DNA of 64,000 nucleotides from an uncultured Treponema sp. (GCF_945873775.1 NZ_CAMCEC010000005.1:63770-127769), one strand, 5' to 3'. Numbered from the stretch's first letter, positions 38,372-49,637 are shown. Translations and numbers: made by a program. Notes: generated from the letters alone by a model not told the origin.

Positions 38372-39706
38372 TTATTTAGACAAGTTTGGATAAAGTTCGA
38401 TAACAGAAGTATAGAAGTTGTTCCAAGCCTGATCCTGTGAAACTTTTCCGTTGTAGTAGTCAGCCATAGCAGCCATAAGTTTTTCTGTCATACCCTGGTC
38501 GTACATAGACATGCAGCTCTTGTCGATAGAATCAGCAGAATCGATGAATACTGCCATGTGGTTCTGTCCGCCCAAGAATGGGTTCTGGTAGTCAGATGCT
38601 GCAACTTCGCGCATAGCAGGAGCGTTGTTTGTGAAGTCGCCCATTTCTGTAGCAATGCGAACCATTGTGTCTTTTTCGCAAGTAAGTGTGAGCATGATGT
38701 CTTTGATCAAGTCAACATTGTCTGAACCTGCTGCACCGCAAATCCAAGTTCCACCCCATGAGAATCCCATAGGTCCTTTGCAGAATGCCCAGTCGCCATA
38801 AGAACCGTTTCCAGCAACATTTCCCTTTGCAGGATCATCGAGAGTGTTAGGAGCAAGACAGAAGTCAATGAACCAAGCTGGTCCGAAGTATCCGAATACT
38901 TTTCCGTCTTTCTTTGCACCCTGGAAGCTTTCTGCTGACCAAAGGTTAGCTTTGTTGTTGTATCCCTTGTCTGTGTATGTCTTTGTCATGTCAACCCAGC
39001 GCTGGATCATCGGATCAACTTTGATTTTGTTTCCTACAACCCATTTTGTCTTTACGTTGTCAGAGAATACACGGAATGCATCATCAAATCCAGAAAGCAT
39101 GAAGTATCCTTTTGCTTTTGCTTTTGCAGCAACTGAGTCAAATTTGTCCCAGTTAGCAAGAGCTTCCTGTACTTTTGCTGGATCGTCTGTTCCAAGAACA
39201 GCTTTTGCGATTGAGCGGCGATAGATAAATCCAGCCGGACAAGCCTGCCAAGAAACACCTTTGAGAACTCCTTTAGAGTCTGTCATGATGTCTTTTGTAT
39301 ACTTGAACTGGTTGGCCAAGTCAGCCTTTGTAAGACCGATGTCTTTAACTACATCGAGAGTATATGGTGTGTCAACATACTTCAATGCATAGTCAGCTTC
39401 AACAAGGAACATATCAATCTTTTCATCTGCTGCAACTGAGTTCTGTGCAAGAAGAGCTTCATCAAGCTTATTCTGATAAGCGTTTCCCTGGTTTGGAGTC
39501 TGGATAAAGTTTACTTTTACACCAGCTGGAACTTTTGATTTGTAGTATTTTTCGAAACGTGCTGGGAATTCATCGTTCCAAACAGCGATGTTCAATACTT
39601 TTCCGCCAGTTGTCTTACCTTTAGCCTTCTTCTTTCCCCAAGGTGCTGATGTTGCTACTGACGCAACCAATGCTACTCCCAAAACTGTAGCTACTAACTT
39701 TTTCAT
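38372..39706 (-). CDS. Carbohydrate ABC transporter solute-binding protein
   Basis: Signal peptide; SBP_bac_1-like GKVFGYFGPAW and WGGTWI; GGAGG RBS before 39706. Confidence 0.88.
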   Translation of the reverse strand: MKKLVATVLGVALVASVATSAPWGKKKAKGKTTGGKVLNIAVWNDEFPARFEKYYKSKVPAGVKVNFIQTPNQGNAYQNKLDEALLAQNSVAADEKIDMFLVEADYALKYVDTPYTLDVVKDIGLTKADLANQFKYTKDIMTDSKGVLKGVSWQACPAGFIYRRSIAKAVLGTDDPAKVQEALANWDKFDSVAAKAKAKGYFMLSGFDDAFRVFSDNVKTKWVVGNKIKVDPMIQRWVDMTKTYTDKGYNNKANLWSAESFQGAKKDGKVFGYFGPAWFIDFCLAPNTLDDPAKGNVAGNGSYGDWAFCKGPMGFSWGGTWICGAAGSDNVDLIKDIMLTLTCEKDTMVRIATEMGDFTNNAPAMREVAASDYQNPFLGGQNHMAVFIDSADSIDKSCMSMYDQGMTEKLMAAMADYYNGKVSQDQAWNNFYTSVIELYPNLSK

Positions 39707-39927
39707 GCAATTGCCTCCTTCATTAGTAATGCATAAACCTTTTTTCTTTCTAAGGTGATTTTTATTATAAATCAGAATTTTTGTTTTGCAACAAAAAAAA
39801 AGCAAAAAAAATCAATTTTTGTAGAAACGTTTCAATAATAATTATTGTTATCTTTAGAGCAGCAAAACTATATTTAAAACTAAAAGACACACTTTTTATG
39901 CAACATGAAATTCGCTATAATATAAAT

Positions 39928-40569
39928 ATGAAAAACAGCGGTTTTAACGGAATCATTCTGGACATAGACGGCACAATCTGGAATACAACTGGAATTGTCG
40001 CGGTCGCCTGGAACAAGGCAATTGAAATGTCCGGGCTAAAGGCAAAAAAAGTAAACGCTCAGATTCTTCAGCAGGAATTCGGAAAAACAATGGACACAAT
40101 CGCAAGCGACTTATGGCCGGAACTAGACAAGGCGGAACAAAGCAAGCTAATGTCTTACTGCTGCACGGAAGAACAGATTGCAATCCGGGAAAATACATTC
40201 GACATAACATATCCCGGCGTAATTGAAACAATAAAAGAACTTTCTTCCTCGAAAAATTTTTATATTGTAAGCAACTGCCAAAACGGATACATTGAGCTGA
40301 CAATGGAAAAAACGGGACTTTCGCCTTTCATAAAGGACTACGAATGCTTCGGGCGCACAGGAAAATCCAAAGCGGAAAACATTCAGATTCTGATGGCAAG
40401 GAACGGAATGAGTTCCGCAGTTTACATTGGCGACACGCAAGGAGACGCGGACGCTTGCAGGCAGGCGGGAATTCCTTTTATCTGGACTTCCTACGGATTC
40501 GGAAAAGCTTCAAAATATATAGAAAAACTTGAAAACTTCTGCGACTTAAAAAAAATATTTTCAGAATAA
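39928..40569 (+). CDS. HAD-family hydrolase (phosphoglycolate-phosphatase-like)
   Basis: LDIDGT motif I and YIGDTQGD motif IV. Confidence 0.88.
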   Translation: MKNSGFNGIILDIDGTIWNTTGIVAVAWNKAIEMSGLKAKKVNAQILQQEFGKTMDTIASDLWPELDKAEQSKLMSYCCTEEQIAIRENTFDITYPGVIETIKELSSSKNFYIVSNCQNGYIELTMEKTGLSPFIKDYECFGRTGKSKAENIQILMARNGMSSAVYIGDTQGDADACRQAGIPFIWTSYGFGKASKYIEKLENFCDLKKIFSE

Positions 40570-40666
40570 GGGGGACAATTTTCAAGTTTTGTAATTTAAT
40601 GTCATTATCAGGCCATAGCACGAGAATGACATTTGACCTAAAATATATTTTTCATTTGGAGGAAAA

Positions 40667-41278
40667 ATGCTTTATATTTTCGACATGGGCGGAGTTGTAA
40701 CAAATTCCGCGGTTTTAGATGACAAATTGTGCAAGGTTCTTGGAATTTCAGTTGAAGAATTTGAAAGAATCTGCGGAAAAAAAACAGACGGCGCGAACAA
40801 AGGCCAGCTTGAAAGCCTAGGATTGTTCAGCCTTTGCTCCGACGGAATAATCGACACAAACGAATTTTGGGCGGAATTTTCAAAGAGAAGCGGAATTGCA
40901 GTAAAAACAGACTGGTTCAGGTGGCTTTTTCATCCTGTAAGAAATGAAAAAACTGTGGCAATTGTAAAAACTTTGCGTTCAGAAGGAAACAGAGTTGTGT
41001 GCGGAACAAACACAGTTTCTGCGCATTATTTTAACCACCTCGAGCGTGGCGACTATGCAATTTTTGACCAAACTTACAGCTCATGCAACATGGGAGTTTC
41101 CAAGCCGGACACAAACTTCTGGAAAATAATCCTTGAGGCGGAAAACGTTCCTGCAAAAGACGCTGTGTTCATTGACGACAGAAAGGACAACTGCGAAGCC
41201 GCCGCTTCAATTGGAATACACGCAATCCAGTTTACCACAGCGGAAGAAGTAGCAGAACTCTTGGGCGTAAAAATTTAA
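40667..41278 (+). CDS. HAD-family phosphatase (YihX-like)
   Basis: FDMGGV, SKPD and FIDDRKDN motifs. Confidence 0.88.
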   Translation: MLYIFDMGGVVTNSAVLDDKLCKVLGISVEEFERICGKKTDGANKGQLESLGLFSLCSDGIIDTNEFWAEFSKRSGIAVKTDWFRWLFHPVRNEKTVAIVKTLRSEGNRVVCGTNTVSAHYFNHLERGDYAIFDQTYSSCNMGVSKPDTNFWKIILEAENVPAKDAVFIDDRKDNCEAAASIGIHAIQFTTAEEVAELLGVKI

Positions 41279-42105
41279 AGTGTGTTTTTCCAGCAGTCTA
41301 TAAATTCAAGCATGAACTGCTGGATTCCGCCGAACCACTTCTGTTGAAAACGGCAGGCATTTTTTCCTATGTAGCGGAAGTGCCAGCATTCCCAACGGTA
41401 GCTGGTAACATCTTCATAGCCTTTTGGAAATGAAAGCGACCAGCCGTAATCCGCGGCATTTTTATAGACCCACTGACCCATCTGCGTCTTGTCAAAGTCA
41501 TCAGAAATAGAGCCAAAGTCAACTGCAGTTCCAAGCTGATGCTGGCTTGTTCCAGGACGCGCGCTTTCACGTTCAGCTTCTTCAAGTCCGTCTACGCTTA
41601 CCCAGTAATTAAAAAGATTTTCCTGATAAGAATAAGAGCGGTAAACAGAACTCACCAAAAGCCTGATTCCGTCATTTAATGCGGCTTGCGCCATTTCTTT
41701 TAAAGCAGAATAAGCTTCCGGGCGGATTTTCATTCCGGCTTTGTTCAAGTCAAAAAGGCTGTTTTTTTCCAGAGAAATCAAATCTTTCGGCGCATAAGAT
41801 GAAGACGCGCTGTGCTTTTTGTCAATTAAGAAGAAAAGGCTTTTATCATCCGGGCGGAATGTTTTTTCCTCTTCAAGAATCGCATAAAGGTCTTTTATAA
41901 ATTCCGTCTTGTTTTCTTCTGTAACACAAATGGCTTCTTTTGCCCTGCCAGACATTTTCTGAAAAACTCTGTTGAATTTTTCTTCTTCCGCAGATGGAAT
42001 TTTTACAACCGGCTTAGAAGGCTCTGCGTAAACTTTTTTGCAGCAACCGGCAAAACAAAAAATCCCGGCAACTGCAAAAGCCGCCAAAAGCATTTTTTTA
42101 GTCAT
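41275..42105 (-). CDS. M15B D-Ala-D-Ala carboxypeptidase (VanY-like), lipoprotein
   Basis: SVYRSY, SARPGTSQHQLGTAVD and WECWHFRYIG motifs; lipobox-like FAGC. Confidence 0.9.
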   Translation of the reverse strand: MTKKMLLAAFAVAGIFCFAGCCKKVYAEPSKPVVKIPSAEEEKFNRVFQKMSGRAKEAICVTEENKTEFIKDLYAILEEEKTFRPDDKSLFFLIDKKHSASSSYAPKDLISLEKNSLFDLNKAGMKIRPEAYSALKEMAQAALNDGIRLLVSSVYRSYSYQENLFNYWVSVDGLEEAERESARPGTSQHQLGTAVDFGSISDDFDKTQMGQWVYKNAADYGWSLSFPKGYEDVTSYRWECWHFRYIGKNACRFQQKWFGGIQQFMLEFIDCWKNTL

Positions 42106-42430
42106 CAGAAACCTCAGTAACTGAGTGAATTATATGGAACATATCAAAAAATCCAGTCCGCTCCAAGGCACGTTTTATCGGCTCGGAAGGATTCATTATA
42201 AAAAGCTTTGTTCCAGAACTTTCTGCGTCATTGTGCCCAGCAAGAATAACTCCAACGCCAGAAGAGTCAACTTGTGTAATCTGGCTTGAATCAAGCACAA
42301 CATTCGTGTCAACAATATATTCAAAAAGCTTTTCCTGAAGCTCAGTAATCGTGTACGAATTCAAAGAGCCTGTAAGTTCAAGCAGCATATAGTTAACACC
42401 AATTTTTTCTTTAAGCGCAAGCTGATCCAT
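42098..42430 (-). CDS. STAS-domain anti-sigma-factor antagonist
   Basis: VVLDSSQITQVDSSGVGVI with the conserved phospho-Ser. Confidence 0.9.
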   Translation of the reverse strand: MDQLALKEKIGVNYMLLELTGSLNSYTITELQEKLFEYIVDTNVVLDSSQITQVDSSGVGVILAGHNDAESSGTKLFIMNPSEPIKRALERTGFFDMFHIIHSVTEVSDD

Positions 42431-42465
42431 TTTTTGCCTCTTTTAAAAATCTTTTTATAAAAATC

Positions 42466-44721
42466 TTAAGCTTGAGCAGCCTGATTTCCCAAATATTTCA
42501 TAACAAGCATCGTAATGTCGTTTTCAAGTTCCTTTGAAGTAAATTCAACAAGAGCATCGTAAGTGAACTTTGCCATTTTTTCAGCAGGATAGCCGGAATT
42601 TTCCATAAGAGCATTCTGTGTTCTTGTTTTTCCGAAAATGTCGCCACGCAAAGACTTTGTATCAATAATTCCGTCCGTTACAATCATAACAATGTCGCCT
42701 TCGGAAAGTTTGACTTTCTTTACTTTTATGTACGGAGCAACATCTTTTACGAATCCAAGAATATGTCCTTCGCCCTGAACTTCAATAACATTGTTATAGG
42801 CGCGAGTGTATACAAGCAACGCTGGAATTCCGCAGTTGATATAATACATTGTGTCTGTGTTGAAATCAAGAATTCCAAAAGTTCCGGCAAAGAAAGTTCC
42901 CTTTGGAAGATTTTCACGGATAAATGTATTCACTTTTGCAACAAGCAGCTTAAAGTCTGTAGTTTCAGAAAGGAAAGTTCTGATAATGGACTTCAAGATA
43001 ACCATTCCCATTGAAGCCGCGATTCCTTTTCCGCTTAAAGCTCCAATTACAAAAATGTGCCGCGTATCTGTAAGGCGGATCATGTCAACAAATTCACCGC
43101 CGATGTTGTGAGCCGGAACCATAAGATAGCCAGCGTCAATTTTCTTGCTTTTTATTAAATCCATGTTTTCCTGAATGGAAGTAATAATCTGCCCGGACAT
43201 TCTGATTTCGCGGTTTACAGTTCCAACAACGGCTTCGTTCATGATATTCTTTACGTAATATCCTACAACGAAGAAATTTGAATAGAATTTGTTAAAGACT
43301 TCGTAATCGTATTCAGAATAAATGTTCCCACTGATTTTTTTGCCAAGAAGAATCAAGCCGATAAACTGGCGTCCTTCGTTCAGCATAATCATAGCATCTG
43401 AATTTGTGCTGTCCATTACTCCAAGAATTTTGCTTCTTACAGAGGCAACGGAATTGTTGGTCTGGGCAAATTCGCGGAAAACAATCTGATGATGGTTGTT
43501 CAAAAGAACATCCGCAACTGACTGGTCAATCGGAGTAGAAAAACTTTTGTCGCCGTCAGAAGAATAAATGCAGCTCATGTTTCCAACGCCGTCATCAATA
43601 AGAATTCTCATTGAAGAAGAGCCGACATATTTTTTGAAAACATTGAAAACGCTTCCTGTAATTTCGTTCGCTTCAAGGCTGAAATCAATTGAAGTTATGT
43701 CGCGCTCGAAATCTTCCGAATACATTTTGTTTCTGAAAAGCTCGGAATTCCTGAACTTTCTGCGGAAAAGCATAAACACAAAGAAAACAAACGCAATCGC
43801 AACATAAATCAAAAGCTCAAAAATATGAATGTTCACATTTGAAATCGGAAGAAGCAAAATAAAGAACACTGCGGAAATAAGCATCGGCGCAATAAATCCA
43901 ATCAAAAGGCGCACAAAGCCCATCAAAAGAATTCTAGCGTCAACAATTTCGTCATTGTCATTTGAGCGGGCAAAGAAATACATTCCCGGAATAAATCCAA
44001 TCGGAGCAAAATTGTTAAGAACAGGCTGAATTTCAGAGCAAAGATTCATGTACCAGAAAACTGCCCAGGAAAGCATAATTCCAAACACATTCTGAAGCAT
44101 ATTCTGCTGCTTGAGTTTTGAACTTGTGTTTTCTGCGCGGACAATAACCATCACGCAAACAAATGCCGGAATCACAACTCTGTAAATGAAATTATACAAA
44201 GTAAGCCATGAAACATTGAATGCGCCGCTCAGTTTTCCTTTAAATACGATTCCAGAAGAAATGCGCAGGAAGTTTCCTTTTGCAAGCGAAACCGAAGTAA
44301 ATGCGTTCGGAGCAAAGAAAACCATGTAAACGGCAAGAATAAAAAGCAAAACCTGAAAAAACGTAACAGCCTTGTATTTTTTATAATCCGGGAAAACAAG
44401 CATATAGCTGCAGGAACACATAGAAAACCAGCCCATCATCAGGTAAGTGAATCTACCTGAAAGCAAGGCTGCTGGAAATGAGTTATGAAGCTCAACATGA
44501 AGCGACTGCGTTCCATCTGGATTGGAAAGCAAAGTATGTTGCACTGAATTGTCCAGACAGAGTATAATTGTAATCGCCATAAATAAAAATATAACACCCA
44601 AGAACAAAAACAAGTTTACAAGGCTTGCGTTTGAAGAATTTCCCTTTACATTTTTATCAATGCTAAATGAAATATAAACAAGAATAGCGCAGATAATAAT
44701 ATTTATAACAGCAAAAATCAT
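42466..44721 (-). CDS. Membrane-bound PP2C/SpoIIE-type phosphatase, possibly degenerate
   Basis: Multi-TM N-terminus, GAF-like middle, GGEFVD...GALSGKG...VTDG...ENDITML. Confidence 0.85.
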   Translation of the reverse strand: MIFAVINIIICAILVYISFSIDKNVKGNSSNASLVNLFLFLGVIFLFMAITIILCLDNSVQHTLLSNPDGTQSLHVELHNSFPAALLSGRFTYLMMGWFSMCSCSYMLVFPDYKKYKAVTFFQVLLFILAVYMVFFAPNAFTSVSLAKGNFLRISSGIVFKGKLSGAFNVSWLTLYNFIYRVVIPAFVCVMVIVRAENTSSKLKQQNMLQNVFGIMLSWAVFWYMNLCSEIQPVLNNFAPIGFIPGMYFFARSNDNDEIVDARILLMGFVRLLIGFIAPMLISAVFFILLLPISNVNIHIFELLIYVAIAFVFFVFMLFRRKFRNSELFRNKMYSEDFERDITSIDFSLEANEITGSVFNVFKKYVGSSSMRILIDDGVGNMSCIYSSDGDKSFSTPIDQSVADVLLNNHHQIVFREFAQTNNSVASVRSKILGVMDSTNSDAMIMLNEGRQFIGLILLGKKISGNIYSEYDYEVFNKFYSNFFVVGYYVKNIMNEAVVGTVNREIRMSGQIITSIQENMDLIKSKKIDAGYLMVPAHNIGGEFVDMIRLTDTRHIFVIGALSGKGIAASMGMVILKSIIRTFLSETTDFKLLVAKVNTFIRENLPKGTFFAGTFGILDFNTDTMYYINCGIPALLVYTRAYNNVIEVQGEGHILGFVKDVAPYIKVKKVKLSEGDIVMIVTDGIIDTKSLRGDIFGKTRTQNALMENSGYPAEKMAKFTYDALVEFTSKELENDITMLVMKYLGNQAAQA

Positions 44722-44724
44722 TTT

Positions 44725-46125
44725 CTACCTCTCGACCTTGGCGACCATCATTGTAACGTCGTCCCTGAGTTTTTTTCCACCGTTGTAGTCCATAATAAGA
44801 TTTACAACATCATCAATGAATTCTTTTGGCGACTTAGACGCGCTCTTTTTAATTGTCTTTTGATAAAGCTCTGTGTCTCCAAGCTCCACGCCTTCGTCAT
44901 TCATAACTTCAGAAACACCGTCGGAAGCCATAAGGATAACATCATCGCGGAACAAACGCTGCTCATCAACCTGAACATCGTCAATGTCAATAATTCCAAC
45001 GAGCGAGCAGTTAGAAGTCAAAGGCTTGATTCTATAGCCGGACGGAGAATTTGTAATAATCAGCGGGTCAGACATGGAAGCGTTTACATAGCGGATTGTC
45101 ATTTTTTCAGTGTCAACAATTCCAATAAAAAGAACCGTGTACTTATCCTGAAGCTTCATGCCTTTAATCGCCTTGTCAACAGCCTTGATCATGGCAGGAA
45201 GATTTTCCTTGTCTCCAAGAATTTTTACAGTGTTCATAACAAGTCCCATGACCAGCGCGGCTGCAAGACCTTTTCCAGAAACGTCTCCAAGCATAAGAAG
45301 CGTTTTTGTCGGCGAAATCGGAAGAACTGAATAATAGTCTCCAGAAACATTTACAAGCGGACGGTAATATGCCGCAACGGAAAGCTTGTCAATTTTAGGC
45401 ATATTCAGCGGCAAGAACGACTTTTGTGTGTCCGCAAGCTGTTTCCATTCCCTTGAAAGCGAAGAAATTTCAGACAAATTGCTGATTGTAAGTGCCCTGG
45501 CCTGAAAACGCGCGAATTCATCATAAAGAAGCTTGTAAATTTCAGAATCAAAAAGTTTTGTGTAGCGGCAGAAAACGTAAAGATGCTTTTTATTATTTGA
45601 AAGAATAAAACCACGTGCCTGGCTCTGCTTTGTTACAATGCCGAATTCATTTCCCATAAAGAAATAGCCTTCACCCCAAGTAACAGGATAATTAAGCCTG
45701 AGCGCATCCATTACAGATTCAGAGCAGGAAATTCTGTCCGGGCTGTTGTAAAGAACATAGTCTTTTTCACGGTCAATAAAAAGAACAGAACAGTCGCCTT
45801 TAACTTCAAGAACTGAAGAAATCGCCTCGTAAAAATCATCCAGCGAATAGCAGAAACGGATTTTGTCAATGAATTCACTTAAAATGCCGGTTTCCTTTGT
45901 AAAAAGCGCCTTGTTTCGGATTATGTTAAGAATACCGTTTTTTGCACGTGTAACAACAACATAAATAATTGAAAAAACAACAGAAGATGTTATAAAGGCA
46001 AAGAATATAACATTTTCACGCGCATTTTTTACAGCAGGAGAAACGGCTGAAACTAAGAAAGCTAAAATTACAAGAAAAATGGCTCCCGTTGCAATTAAAA
46101 CGGCATGTCTTTTAGTCTTATACAT
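44725..46125 (-). CDS. PP2C/SpoIIE-type serine phosphatase
   Basis: SGDYY, GDVSGKG, SDGVSE and DDVT motifs. Confidence 0.88.
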   Translation of the reverse strand: MYKTKRHAVLIATGAIFLVILAFLVSAVSPAVKNARENVIFFAFITSSVVFSIIYVVVTRAKNGILNIIRNKALFTKETGILSEFIDKIRFCYSLDDFYEAISSVLEVKGDCSVLFIDREKDYVLYNSPDRISCSESVMDALRLNYPVTWGEGYFFMGNEFGIVTKQSQARGFILSNNKKHLYVFCRYTKLFDSEIYKLLYDEFARFQARALTISNLSEISSLSREWKQLADTQKSFLPLNMPKIDKLSVAAYYRPLVNVSGDYYSVLPISPTKTLLMLGDVSGKGLAAALVMGLVMNTVKILGDKENLPAMIKAVDKAIKGMKLQDKYTVLFIGIVDTEKMTIRYVNASMSDPLIITNSPSGYRIKPLTSNCSLVGIIDIDDVQVDEQRLFRDDVILMASDGVSEVMNDEGVELGDTELYQKTIKKSASKSPKEFIDDVVNLIMDYNGGKKLRDDVTMMVAKVER

Positions 46126-46249
46126 TTCTGCACCTCGCTCTTGGGTTTATACAACAGTATATCATACTATCGGCAGAAATTTAAGAAAAAATTATATGAA
46201 ACTTGGAAATGCGCAAAAACAGAGGAGATGTCCCGCAAGTATCTTTTAT

Positions 46250-46357
46250 GTCATTTTCGGGCTTGCCCCTGCGATGTTTGTGCAGCAAACTCGGTTAGAA
46301 ATCTAAATGCATATATTACAATCATTTAAAGATTGTCGTATCAAGTACGACAATGAC
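46250..46357. repeat. Inverted pair of GTCATT-type palindromic repeats
   Basis: GTCATTTTCGGGCTTGCCCC-GCGATGTTTG...AAACTCGGTT..AATCT and AGATTGTCGTATCAAGTACGACAATGAC (46330-46357). Confidence 0.8.
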
Positions 46358-46417
46358 ATTTAGAACTTATTGGACATCCCTTGACATTTTTTAAGCCAAA
46401 GAATGGCAGTTTGTTTA

Positions 46418-47566
46418 TCAGCCTAAGGACTCTCTTGTCAAAAGGTCTGGCGAAGACGTTGGCTTTTCCAATGCAGCAAAGGATTCCATCGCGGCAATCT
46501 GCTGACGGGAAAGTTTTGAAGGAATCTGAACCATAATCTTTACATAAAGATCGCCTTTTCTTGAAGAGCCTTCAACTGGAACACCTTCATCACGCACGCG
46601 GAGGAATTTTCCATGCTGAGTTCCTGCTGGAACTTTTATAGACAAAGTTTTTCCGTCAAGATTCTTGATTTCTATGCTAGCTCCCAAAACTGCCTGTGAT
46701 ATGCTTATTGGAACTGCGCAATACAAATCATGCCCGTCGCGCTCAAAATATCTGTCAGATCTTACATTTACAACTATTATAAGATCTCCGGCAGCACCGC
46801 CATTTGTTCCGGCGTTTCCCATTCCGTGGATAGAAAGACGTCTTCCGTTTTCTACGCCAGCAGGAATTTTTACGCTCATTGTTGTTGACTTTGCAAAAAC
46901 TCCAGTTCCGTGGCAAGAAGCGCAAGGTTTGTCGATTACAGTTCCCTTTCCACGGCAAGTAGGACAAGTCTGCTGAACCACAAAGAATCCGGAACTTCTT
47001 CCAACCTGACCTCTTCCGCCGCAGCTAGGACAAGTCTTTACAGAAGAACCTGCAGCTCCGCCTGTTCCGTGGCAGTCAGGACACTGTTCATCCCGCCGGA
47101 AAGTTATATCTTTTTTGCAGCCATAAACTGCCTCTTTAAAATCAATATGCAAATCGTAACGCAAGCTCGCGCCGTCATTGTTGCCTCTGCTTCTTCCGCC
47201 TGAACCACCGCCAAAGCTGAAACCGCCGCCAAATAGATTTTCAAAAATATCGCTGAAACCGCCAGAGCCGCCAAACAAATCGCTAAAGTCGTGGAAAGCA
47301 TGGCTATATCCACCGCCAGCGCCTCCGCCGCCCATTCCTTCCAAACCGGCAAAACCATACTGGTCATAAATCGGACGTTTCTGGTCATCGCTTAGAACTT
47401 CATAAGCTTCTGTCGCTTCCTTGAATTTTTCTTCCGCAGTTTTATCACCCGGATTGCGGTCTGGATGATACTGAATGGCAAGTTTTCTATAAGCTTTTTT
47501 TATTGCGTCCTTATCCGCGCTTTTGTCAACGCCTAAAACTTCGTAATAATCACGTTTTGCAGACAT
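46418..47566 (-). CDS. dnaJ: Chaperone DnaJ
   Basis: HPD J-domain, G/F-rich region and four CxxCxGxG repeats. Confidence 0.97.
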   Translation of the reverse strand: MSAKRDYYEVLGVDKSADKDAIKKAYRKLAIQYHPDRNPGDKTAEEKFKEATEAYEVLSDDQKRPIYDQYGFAGLEGMGGGGAGGGYSHAFHDFSDLFGGSGGFSDIFENLFGGGFSFGGGSGGRSRGNNDGASLRYDLHIDFKEAVYGCKKDITFRRDEQCPDCHGTGGAAGSSVKTCPSCGGRGQVGRSSGFFVVQQTCPTCRGKGTVIDKPCASCHGTGVFAKSTTMSVKIPAGVENGRRLSIHGMGNAGTNGGAAGDLIIVVNVRSDRYFERDGHDLYCAVPISISQAVLGASIEIKNLDGKTLSIKVPAGTQHGKFLRVRDEGVPVEGSSRKGDLYVKIMVQIPSKLSRQQIAAMESFAALEKPTSSPDLLTRESLG

Positions 47567-47587
47567 AATGTCTTCCTATAAAATCGA

Positions 47588-47617
47588 GGTTGCCCCGAAA
47601 TTTCTTTCAAGGCAACC
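47588..47617 (-). terminator. Hairpin between dnaK and dnaJ
   Basis: GGTTGCC...GGCAACC. Confidence 0.45.
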
Positions 47618-47643
47618 CCGTTTCTCTTACTTTAGATTAGATT

Positions 47644-49593
47644 TTAGTTTTTTACTTCGTACTCAACGTCATCAGCGTTGTTTGCGCCTTTGAATCCAGA
47701 AGCATTTCCATCTTTTCCTTCATCAGGATTTGGATTTGAAGCGCTCTGTGCTCCTGCCGCGCCCTGCTGTTGCTGTGCAGCCTGAGACTTGTAAAGCTCT
47801 TCAGCCATCTTGTAAGAAGCCTGCTTCAAGTTTTCAGACTTAGCCTTGATGTCATCGATATTGTCGCCTTTAAGAGCTTCTTTAAGCTCGTTCATGGCAG
47901 CTTCAATCTTTGACTTTTCATCAGCAGAAATCTTGTCGCCTATATCCTTGAGAGATTTTTCAGTTGCATAAACAAGGCTGTCAGCTTCGTTCTTTGCATC
48001 AATTGCCTCTCTTTTCTTTTTGTCAGCATCAGCATTTGCCTCGGCATCTTTTACCATGCGGTTGATTTCCTCTTCAGAAAGTCCGCTTGAAGAAGTAATC
48101 TGAATATGCTGCTCTTTGCCTGTTCCCATATCCTTTGCGCTTACATGGACAATTCCGTTCGCATCAATATCGAATGTAACTTCAATCTGAGGAACACCAC
48201 GTGGAGCCGCAGGAATTCCTGTAAGGTCAAAGTTGCCCAAAGTTCTGTTCTGGGCTGCCATTTCGCGCTCACCCTGAAGAACATGGATGCTTACAGCAGT
48301 CTGATTGTCCGCCGCTGTGGAGAAAACCTGGCTCTTCTTTGTAGGAATTGTTGTGTTACGGTTGATAAGACGTGTAAATACGCCGCCCATTGTTTCAATT
48401 CCCAAAGAAAGAGGAGTTACATCAAGCAAAAGAACATCTTTTACATCGCCAGCAAGAACACCGCCCTGAATTGCAGCTCCGATTGCAACTGCTTCATCCG
48501 GGTTAACAGCACGGCTTCCTTCTTTTCCGAAAATTGACTTTACAATTTCCTGAACTTTTGGCATACGGCTTGAACCGCCGACAAGAAGAACTTCGTCAAT
48601 CTTATCTGGCGTAATTTCAGCATCTTTCATAGCCTTCATACAAGGCTCGCGTGTAGCTTCAAACAGATGGTCTGTCATCTGCTCAAACTGCGCGCGTGTC
48701 AAAGTTTTCTGCAAGTGCTTTGGACCTGTGGCATCAGCTGTAATAAACGGCAAGTTGATTTCTGTTGTTGTCTGGTTTGAAAGAGAAATCTTTGCATTTT
48801 CAGCAGCTTCACGAAGTCTCTGCAAAGCCATGCTGTCTTTTGAAAGATCAATTCCAGTATCAGCCTTGAACTGCTCAATAAGCCAGTTTACAACACAGCG
48901 GTCCCAGTCGTCTCCACCAAGGTGAGTGTTTCCGTTTGTAGATTTTACCTCGAAAACGCCGTCGCCAAGCTCAAGAATTGAAATATCAAATGTACCGCCG
49001 CCAAGGTCGTATACAGCGATTGTTTTTTCCTGCTTCTGATCCTTGTTGAATCCGAATGCCAAAGAAGCGGCTGTAGGCTCGTTGATAATGCGTTTTACAT
49101 CAAGACCTGCGATTTTTCCGGCATCTTTTGTAGCCTGACGCTGCGCATCGTTAAAGTAAGCCGGAACTGTAATTACAGCCTCTGTAACTGTTTCGCCAAG
49201 GTAATCTTCCGCAGTCTTCTTCATTTTCTGAAGAATAAATGCTGAAATTTCCTGAGGACTGTATTCCTTTTTTGCTCCGTTTTCTTCAACTTCAACACGG
49301 ACATCTTCACCGTGGTCTTTTACAGTGTATGGAACAAGTTTTGCTTCGCCTGAAAGCTCATTGTAGCGGTGTCCGATAAAACGTTTAATAGAATAAATTG
49401 TGTTTTTTGGATTTGTAACCATCTGGTTCTTTGCAGGAAGACCAACAATGCGGTCTCCTTTTGCAGTAAAACCAACGATTGAAGGTGTTGTGCGTCCGCC
49501 TTCTGAGTTCTGGATTACAACAGGCTCGCCGTTTTCCATTACAGCGACGCAAGAATTTGTTGTTCCCAAGTCAATTCCAATAATCTTACCCAT
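47644..49593 (-). CDS. dnaK: Chaperone DnaK
   Basis: [17 protein letters not shown] and DLGGGTFD motifs; C-terminal EYEV. Confidence 0.98.
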   Translation of the reverse strand: MGKIIGIDLGTTNSCVAVMENGEPVVIQNSEGGRTTPSIVGFTAKGDRIVGLPAKNQMVTNPKNTIYSIKRFIGHRYNELSGEAKLVPYTVKDHGEDVRVEVEENGAKKEYSPQEISAFILQKMKKTAEDYLGETVTEAVITVPAYFNDAQRQATKDAGKIAGLDVKRIINEPTAASLAFGFNKDQKQEKTIAVYDLGGGTFDISILELGDGVFEVKSTNGNTHLGGDDWDRCVVNWLIEQFKADTGIDLSKDSMALQRLREAAENAKISLSNQTTTEINLPFITADATGPKHLQKTLTRAQFEQMTDHLFEATREPCMKAMKDAEITPDKIDEVLLVGGSSRMPKVQEIVKSIFGKEGSRAVNPDEAVAIGAAIQGGVLAGDVKDVLLLDVTPLSLGIETMGGVFTRLINRNTTIPTKKSQVFSTAADNQTAVSIHVLQGEREMAAQNRTLGNFDLTGIPAAPRGVPQIEVTFDIDANGIVHVSAKDMGTGKEQHIQITSSSGLSEEEINRMVKDAEANADADKKKREAIDAKNEADSLVYATEKSLKDIGDKISADEKSKIEAAMNELKEALKGDNIDDIKAKSENLKQASYKMAEELYKSQAAQQQQGAAGAQSASNPNPDEGKDGNASGFKGANNADDVEYEVKN

Positions 49594-49637
49594 AATATTT
49601 ACCTCTTTTTATATTCAATTTATTTTGTCTGAAGAAA

